This document shows, piece after piece, positions 58,105 through 64,000 of a stretch of 64,000 nt of DNA. Below the pieces are notes generated by a model, which saw only the letters and a list, made by a program, of their open reading frames with translations, did no database searches and was not told the DNA's origin. The stretch's first letter is position 1. Each line of letters opens with the position of its first letter. Position numbers and translations under genes: made by a program. The stretch comes from Nanobdellota archaeon. Its GTDB lineage: Archaea > Nanobdellota > Nanobdellia > Pacearchaeales > GW2011-AR1. The stretch spans positions 32,001-96,000 of the forward strand of contig JBBSXC010000001.1 in the NCBI GenBank assembly GCA_038045945.1, read 5' to 3'.

Positions 58105-58419
58105 TTATTTTTTGTGTGTTTCTCTTATTAGTTTAATTCCTGTTACTATTCCCCATATCCATGCTGCTGTTGGTGCTATAATTATTATTGGCACTCCTAG
58201 GGCTATTCCTACTCCGCTGATTATTAGCATTGTTCCTAAAAGTAGTCCTCCGAGGATTATTGCTATTTGCCATACTCCTTCTTTTATTTTTCCAGCTATT
58301 AGGCTTCCTAATCCTGGTAAGATTATTATGTTAAGTATTAGTGCTAGAATTGCTATGCTTTGTTCGTGATTAGCGTTGTTAATAGATTCTTTACCACCAC
58401 TCTTTTTCTTTGCAGTCAT
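58105..58419 (-). CDS. Small membrane protein
   Basis: LN...PGLG.L..G...G. Confidence 0.65.
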   Translation of the reverse strand: MTAKKKSGGKESINNANHEQSIAILALILNIIILPGLGSLIAGKIKEGVWQIAIILGGLLLGTMLIISGVGIALGVPIIIIAPTAAWIWGIVTGIKLIRETHKK

Positions 58420-58494
58420 GAAAATTGTAAGATTTAGTAGTATTTAAATATTAATACTGAAGAAAAATTGTTATTTTTTTATAAGAAATTAGAA

Positions 58495-58632
58495 TGAGCC
58501 TATGCGGATTTGAACCGCAGACCTCCGGCTTTCTTAGCACGTATATGCCACTAAAGCATTAGTTCGCTCAAGTTGCTTGAGAGAACAACGTCTTATAAGA
58601 CCGGCGTTCTAACCGGGCTGAACTATAGGCTC
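58495..58632 (-). tRNA. tRNA-Ile(TAT) with a 63-nt intron at 37/38 (58531-58593)
   Basis: Acceptor GAGCCTA/TAGGCTC; CCGGT-CTTATA|intron|A-GCCGG; BHB helix CTTA/TAAG with 3-nt bulges. Confidence 0.88.
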
Positions 58633-58814
58633 ATTCCCTAAAACCCATATCGCTACTAGCTAAAAAAGTGAAGTAAAAAACTCTATTTAAAGGTATTGTC
58701 CAGGTTCTTCACTTAACCTTTTCCCAATCCTCAATTCTGCCCTTAACAACTGCAAATAAGGTGTTATTTTCAGGTATGAAGAACTTTTTTGTTATTTTTT
58801 CTTTAAGGAAACCT

Positions 58815-59135
58815 TTATTTTTTATCAATAAATTTTGAGAATTCTCTAACTACTTTTCTAAACTTTTTTGTGTGCCCTCTTTTAGAGCCGCTTATTTGTC
58901 TGCTGTAGGCGTGGGCTAATTCATGTATTAATGTATTTATTTGTGATAATAAAGAGTTATTCTCTCCTATTGATATTATCCTTTTTTTTATTTTGTAGTA
59001 TCCCTTAACTTCTCTTTTTTTGTGGAATCCGTCAAAAAGGTTTATTTCTTTTATTACTAGTTTTCCTTTACAAAATTTTTTGTTAATTAGAAGTGTTATC
59101 TTCTTAAAAAGTAAGATTTTTTCTTTATTCTCCAT
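58815..59135 (-). CDS. SprT-like zincin metallopeptidase
   Basis: TLIHELAH...GHTKKF. Confidence 0.7.
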   Translation of the reverse strand: MENKEKILLFKKITLLINKKFCKGKLVIKEINLFDGFHKKREVKGYYKIKKRIISIGENNSLLSQINTLIHELAHAYSRQISGSKRGHTKKFRKVVREFSKFIDKK

Positions 59136-59242
59136 TGTTATTGTAATGTTTTTCTCGTATAAAAGGGCTTTTGTTGGACCGTTTTTTTAATTGATAATGA
59201 GTTATAGGATAGTTTTTAATACTAAGATTAAGAAATAATTTT

Positions 59243-60427
59243 ATGTTAATAGGACTTGTTGGTGCCCCTAATGTTGGTAAAAGTACTTTTTTTAAGGCTG
59301 CTACTTTAGCTGATGTTTTAATAGCTAATTATCCTTTTGCTACTATAAAGCCTAATCATGGAGTAGCTTATGTTCGTATTGATTGTATTGATAAAGAATT
59401 AGGCGCTAAGTGTAATCCTCGTGAGGGTTATTGTGTTGATGGTCAACGTTTTGTTCCTTGTGAATTAATGGATGTTGCTGGTTTAGTTCCTGATGCTTCT
59501 AAGGGTAAGGGTTTGGGTAATCAGTTTTTAGATGATTTGCGTCAGGCTGATGCTTTTATTCAAATTGTTGATTTGTCTGGTAAGAATAATGAAGAAGGTA
59601 AGGCTGTTGATGATTATTATCCTGGTAACAGTATTGCTTTTTTGGAGAAGGAGTTAGATTTGTGGTATTTGGGAATTCTCAAAAAGGTTTGGCCTGTTTT
59701 TGTTCGTACTGCTGAGATGCAAAAGCAGAATTTTGCTCAGGCTGTAACAAAACAGTTTTCAGGGCTGAAAGTAACTGAGGATGATGTTAAGAAAGTTTTG
59801 TTAAAGACGGGTTTAGACCCCCTTCATCCAACTAAGTGGTCTGATGATGAATTAATGAAGTTTTCAAACATGCTTCGGTCTTTGACTAAGCCTATGATTA
59901 TTGTTGGTAACAAGATTGATTCAGCTAAGGGTAAGGAGAATTATGATAAGATTAAGAAGGATTTTTCTTATGAGGTTATTCCAGTATCAGCTGAGAGTGA
60001 ATTAGCTTTGCGTGAAGCATCAAAGAATGGAATAATAGATTATGTTCCTGGCGATAAGGACTTTATTATAAAAGATGAGTCTAAACTTACTGATAAGCAA
60101 AGAATGGCTCTAAAGTTTGTTAAAGAAAAAATTCTTGACGTTTATGGCTCGACCGGTGTTCAAAAAGTTCTTAACATGGTAGTTTTTGATTTGTTAAAGT
60201 ATATCGCTGTTTTCCCTGCTGGTACAAAAAAGTTAGCTGATAGTAAAGGAAATATTTTACCAGATTGTTATTTGATTCCTTCAGGTAGTACTGCTTTAGA
60301 TTTTGCTTTTAAGCTTCATACTGATTTAGGTAAAAACTTTATTAGAGCAATTGACGTTAGAACTAAACAAACTGTTGGTAAAGATCACAAACTTAAAAAT
60401 CGTGATGGTATTGAGATAGTAACTTAA
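59243..60427 (+). CDS. ychF: YchF/OBG-family ATPase with TGS domain
   Basis: GAPNVGKST, NYPFAT, DVAGL, GLGNQFL, NKID, HTD. Confidence 0.93.
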   Translation: MLIGLVGAPNVGKSTFFKAATLADVLIANYPFATIKPNHGVAYVRIDCIDKELGAKCNPREGYCVDGQRFVPCELMDVAGLVPDASKGKGLGNQFLDDLRQADAFIQIVDLSGKNNEEGKAVDDYYPGNSIAFLEKELDLWYLGILKKVWPVFVRTAEMQKQNFAQAVTKQFSGLKVTEDDVKKVLLKTGLDPLHPTKWSDDELMKFSNMLRSLTKPMIIVGNKIDSAKGKENYDKIKKDFSYEVIPVSAESELALREASKNGIIDYVPGDKDFIIKDESKLTDKQRMALKFVKEKILDVYGSTGVQKVLNMVVFDLLKYIAVFPAGTKKLADSKGNILPDCYLIPSGSTALDFAFKLHTDLGKNFIRAIDVRTKQTVGKDHKLKNRDGIEIVT

Positions 60428-60490
60428 GAATTCTTCTTTAGTTTCTTTTGCACATAAATCTTTTAATACGTATTAATCATTATCCTAATT

Positions 60491-61864
60491 ATGAGTTTTG
60501 ATGAAAAGTTAGATCATTATGTTAATGGTATGGTTGATTCTTATTCTAGTGAGTTGTGTGATTTGGTTAATATTCCAAGCGTATCAAACGATCCTACAAA
60601 GAAGGATGATTTACAAAGAATTTTGTTAAGAGTTAGTGAAATCGTTCAGCCTATTGGTTTTGTTACCCAAATTGTTCCAACAAAGGGTAATCCTGCTATG
60701 ATAGCAACACTAAAAATTAGTGATGATAAACCCTGGCTTATGATTTATAATCATATGGATGTTCAGCCTGCTAATGAGCCTGAGTGGAAGACTCAAGCGT
60801 TCACCGCTACTATTACTAACGGTAAAATTATTGGTAGAGGTAGTACTGATGATAAGGGTCCTGCTCTTTCAGTTATTCATGCTATAAAGTTTTTGAAAGA
60901 TAATAATCATGATTTGCCTAATATTCAACTGGTTTATGAAACTGAGGAAGAAATTGGTTCTCCCAATTTTGGTTCTTTTATTGAAGAAAACCTTAAGATT
61001 GGTAAACTCATGATTCCTTCATCAATTCTTGTTTCTGATACTATTTTTGAGGGTGATAGTCCTAGTATTTCTTATAAGCTTAGGGGTGTTGTTAGGGCTT
61101 TTGTTACTCTTCAGACTGCTGATAAGGAAGTTCATTCTGGAATGGCTGGTGGTATTGCTAAGAATCCACTTAAGATTTTGATTAAGGCTCTTAATTCTTG
61201 TTATGAGGAAAATAATATTTTGATTCCTGGTTGGCATGATGGGATAATACCATTAACTGATAAGGAGAAGGAATCAACGAAGAAGGCTTCAACATCGCTA
61301 ATTATTGAGAAGTTTAAGAGTGATTTAGGATTGCTTGAAACTCATACTGATAACTCGCAAGAGGCTATTATGAGGCTTTGGCATCAGCCTACTTTTGAGG
61401 TTCATGGCTTTGAGGGTGCTCAGCATTTGCCTGGTTCTATTAAGACTGCTATTCCTAAGTCTGTTACTGCTAAACTCACCATGAGGATTGTTCCAGGTCA
61501 AGATGTTGATAACTTGTTATTTCTCTTAGGCGAGCATTTGAGGAATACTCATCCTGGAATAATTGTTAGAGGTGATGGTCTTCCAGCATCAATTACTGAT
61601 ATTAATAATCCTTTTGTTAAGAGGGCTGAGCAAGCATGTCTTTACGGTTTTGGTAAGGAGCCTTTGTTTGTTGGTTGTGGTGGCTCTATTGGTGCTGTTA
61701 CAGAATTTCAGAGATTACTTGAGGGTGTTCCAGTTGTCTTAATCGCTCAATCTCTTCTTTCTGATGGTTATCATGCTCCTAATGAAGAATTTCGTTTAAC
61801 TCAGGCTCAGGCTGGTTGTAAAACAATGGCTAAGTATATTAGTAGTATTGCGTTAATGAGGTAA
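60491..61864 (+). CDS. M20/M25/M40 dipeptidase
   Basis: HMDVQP, GRGSTDDKG, EEEIGS, HSG, GGSI, HAPNE. Confidence 0.92.
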   Translation: MSFDEKLDHYVNGMVDSYSSELCDLVNIPSVSNDPTKKDDLQRILLRVSEIVQPIGFVTQIVPTKGNPAMIATLKISDDKPWLMIYNHMDVQPANEPEWKTQAFTATITNGKIIGRGSTDDKGPALSVIHAIKFLKDNNHDLPNIQLVYETEEEIGSPNFGSFIEENLKIGKLMIPSSILVSDTIFEGDSPSISYKLRGVVRAFVTLQTADKEVHSGMAGGIAKNPLKILIKALNSCYEENNILIPGWHDGIIPLTDKEKESTKKASTSLIIEKFKSDLGLLETHTDNSQEAIMRLWHQPTFEVHGFEGAQHLPGSIKTAIPKSVTAKLTMRIVPGQDVDNLLFLLGEHLRNTHPGIIVRGDGLPASITDINNPFVKRAEQACLYGFGKEPLFVGCGGSIGAVTEFQRLLEGVPVVLIAQSLLSDGYHAPNEEFRLTQAQAGCKTMAKYISSIALMR

Positions 61865-61905
61865 TTACAATAATTTTTATAAAGTGAAACAATCATTTTT
61901 TTGTT

Positions 61906-62424
61906 ATGGATTCTAAACAAGCTGATTCTTTTTTGGGTTTTACTTATTTAAGTCTTGATGCTTTGCAACAATTCTTAAGTGTTGATATTCCAAAGGCGAG
62001 GGATCCTTCTGTTCGTTTTCCTTCTTTAAGGCTTGATGATATAAGAGTTGTTGGTGTTGGCTCTTCTCATGATGGAACTAAGGCAGTTAGAGCTACTATT
62101 AGGGATTATTTTAGTTCTAGGAACGGAGATGTTTCTGGTAAGATAGTTTATGGCAAGGTTTTAGCTACTATGTCTGATGATCATAAAGGGGTTGTTGAGG
62201 CTGTAAGGTTTAGGCTCGATAGAGAAATACCTTTGATTAATCCTAGAAGTGGTGGTAGGCGTTGTAATTTTGCTCCTGAAACTAGTATTAGTCCTTGTAA
62301 TACGAAAGTTTTAGCTCTTCATAATAAGGATAATTTTAGGTTGATGTTTGGTGCTGGTACTCTTAGTTTTTCTCAGGATTATTTTATTTCTGAGAAAGGT
62401 CTTGATCTTATGTATTCTTTCTAA
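61906..62424 (+). CDS. Hypothetical protein
   Basis: ORF only. Confidence 0.55.
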   Translation: MDSKQADSFLGFTYLSLDALQQFLSVDIPKARDPSVRFPSLRLDDIRVVGVGSSHDGTKAVRATIRDYFSSRNGDVSGKIVYGKVLATMSDDHKGVVEAVRFRLDREIPLINPRSGGRRCNFAPETSISPCNTKVLALHNKDNFRLMFGAGTLSFSQDYFISEKGLDLMYSF

Positions 62425-62436
62425 AAAAAAAGTTTT

Positions 62437-63999
62437 TTAGTGGTATTCGTTTCTTGCTTTGAATGAGTCTATGAATTTGCTGTTGTCGTCTCTGTTTACT
62501 ACGCTGTTTAGTTCGTATGCTTCTGTGTCTCCTTTAACTATCTTTTTGACTTTTGTTGCTGATGCTACTCTTCTTTGCATTTGTTGTGATAGTAATACTT
62601 CGCTTGTTGCTCCGTCTGCTAATTTTTTTGCTAGGCTTAGTGTTTGTCCTAGGCTTGTGAATTTTAGTTTTTTTGTTTGTTTGTCTATTTCTACTACTAG
62701 GTCTCCGTGGTTTATTCCTATTCCGAATTCTATTTTGTTTGCTGGGTTTGATTTTGAGTTGTGTAGTGTTAGTACGGATTTTATTTCTTGTGCTATTATT
62801 AGGCTTGTGTTTTCTGTTTTGTATGTTTTCGTTGCGCTTGGTGCTAGTATTCCTATGATGAATTCTTCTGCTTGGTATACTGATCCTTTAACTTTTGTTA
62901 TTTGTGCTATTATTGTTTCTAGTGCTGTTTTGTAGTAGTCTTGTTTTTCTATTTTTTGTTTGTTTTTTATTTTTATTGCTATTATTGAGCATGGTTCTTT
63001 AACTCCCCTTATTACTAGTGAGTGTTCTGCTTCTTTTGGTGTTACTCTTCCTATTGTTACGTCTGAGCTTCTTATTGTGCTTATGTTTGGTGCTTCGTAG
63101 TTTGTGTTTCCGTACTTGTTTCCTTTTACAAGCCTACTTAATGCTGCCAGTGAAGGCATGTAGTGTATGAATTTTTGTTTTCCTAAGCCTTTTGATACTC
63201 CGAATATGAATAGTCCTAATACGCCTAGTATGAATAGCCATACTAGCGAGTATCTTGTTATTATTGATGTGCTGTCTGCTACGTCGATAAGTCTTACTGC
63301 ATTACCTGTTAGTGATATTCCTGATGCTGAGAATTTTCCTACCCCATCTGTTGCTGATACGTCGTAACTTCCGTCTGGTGCTTGTAAACTGTATATTGCG
63401 CTTTCACCAACTCCTAATTCTAAGTCTATTATTTCTTTGTTTGGTCCTATTCCTACCTCAACGCTTTTTTTGTATGGTACGTTTCCCGTATTTGCTATTT
63501 TTAGTGTTGTGTTGACTATTTCGAATGTTACTTTTTCTACTTCTGGTACGTAGAAGAATCGTTTGTTGCTTAGTGATTCTACTTTTACTACTATTGTTCT
63601 GTATCCTGGTGTTTCGTTTATTGGTAAATCAATCATTATGTCTTCTCCCGAGTTTACTATTTGGTCGTTTATTTTTGTGTCTTCTCCGTTTAGTAATGAG
63701 TATCTTGCTTGTGTTGTTATTTCTTTATCTGTTTGGTCGTATACTAATATTTTGAATTTGTATGGTGTTCCTGGTGTTGCTTCTTGGTTTTCTATTGATA
63801 CTTCTATTTTTCTTGCTTCTTGTTTTACGAATATGTTGCTTTCTAGGTTTGCGTCGTTTATTATGTTTCCTTGTTTGTCTTTTTCGTAAACTTTTGTTTT
63901 TATTGAGTATGTTCCTGATGCCATGTTTTGTGGTAGGCTGAAGTTGTATACTGCTACTCCGTTAATTACTGGTAAGTCTAGTGATATTCCTGCTTCTGC
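62437..63999 (-). CDS. 5'-partial membrane protein: extracellular beta domains, TM, degenerate class III nucleotide-cyclase domain
   Basis: Frame stays open to the window end; FGIGINHGD, SLGQTLSLAKKL, EVLLS. Confidence 0.7.
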   Translation of the reverse strand, partial: AEAGISLDLPVINGVAVYNFSLPQNMASGTYSIKTKVYEKDKQGNIINDANLESNIFVKQEARKIEVSIENQEATPGTPYKFKILVYDQTDKEITTQARYSLLNGEDTKINDQIVNSGEDIMIDLPINETPGYRTIVVKVESLSNKRFFYVPEVEKVTFEIVNTTLKIANTGNVPYKKSVEVGIGPNKEIIDLELGVGESAIYSLQAPDGSYDVSATDGVGKFSASGISLTGNAVRLIDVADSTSIITRYSLVWLFILGVLGLFIFGVSKGLGKQKFIHYMPSLAALSRLVKGNKYGNTNYEAPNISTIRSSDVTIGRVTPKEAEHSLVIRGVKEPCSIIAIKIKNKQKIEKQDYYKTALETIIAQITKVKGSVYQAEEFIIGILAPSATKTYKTENTSLIIAQEIKSVLTLHNSKSNPANKIEFGIGINHGDLVVEIDKQTKKLKFTSLGQTLSLAKKLADGATSEVLLSQQMQRRVASATKVKKIVKGDTEAYELNSVVNRDDNSKFIDSFKARNEYH

Positions 64000-64000
64000 G

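Noticed and set aside
58709-58828. ~39-aa minus-strand ORF after the SprT-like gene
   Set aside because: TTG start only, no promoter or motif; possibly a remnant

Overview
AT-rich, gene-dense window from a reduced-genome archaeon, most consistent with DPANN (Pacearchaeota/Woesearchaeota-like). Support: archaeal rfcS/rfcL, pheS/pheT, rpo7-spt4-eS24-eS31, eL41, Rpp30-like gene, TATA-driven mostly leaderless genes and a BHB-intron tRNA. It holds about 75 CDS and 7 tRNA genes. The + strand has a strong T/G skew, which generates many spurious ORFs. Highlights: (1) a translationally coupled five-gene operon (bacterial-type TrpRS, group II PLP decarboxylase, methyltransferase, GNAT, amidohydrolase) bracketed by four regulators and two unannotated small-peptide + wHTH units, a candidate tryptophan/arylamine-derived metabolite system; (2) an ~800-bp hairpin-packed non-coding region between prs and scpA with a tandem 40-nt motif showing compensatory base changes, a candidate novel ncRNA; (3) a decayed, nested island at tRNA-Glu(CTC) with att repeats, inverted arms and a truncated integrase; (4) unusual tRNAs (His with U73 and U.U pairs just upstream of hisS; intron-containing Ile-UAU); (5) an apparently intact GGEEF diguanylate cyclase. 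All family calls come from motif recognition by eye, not database searches.
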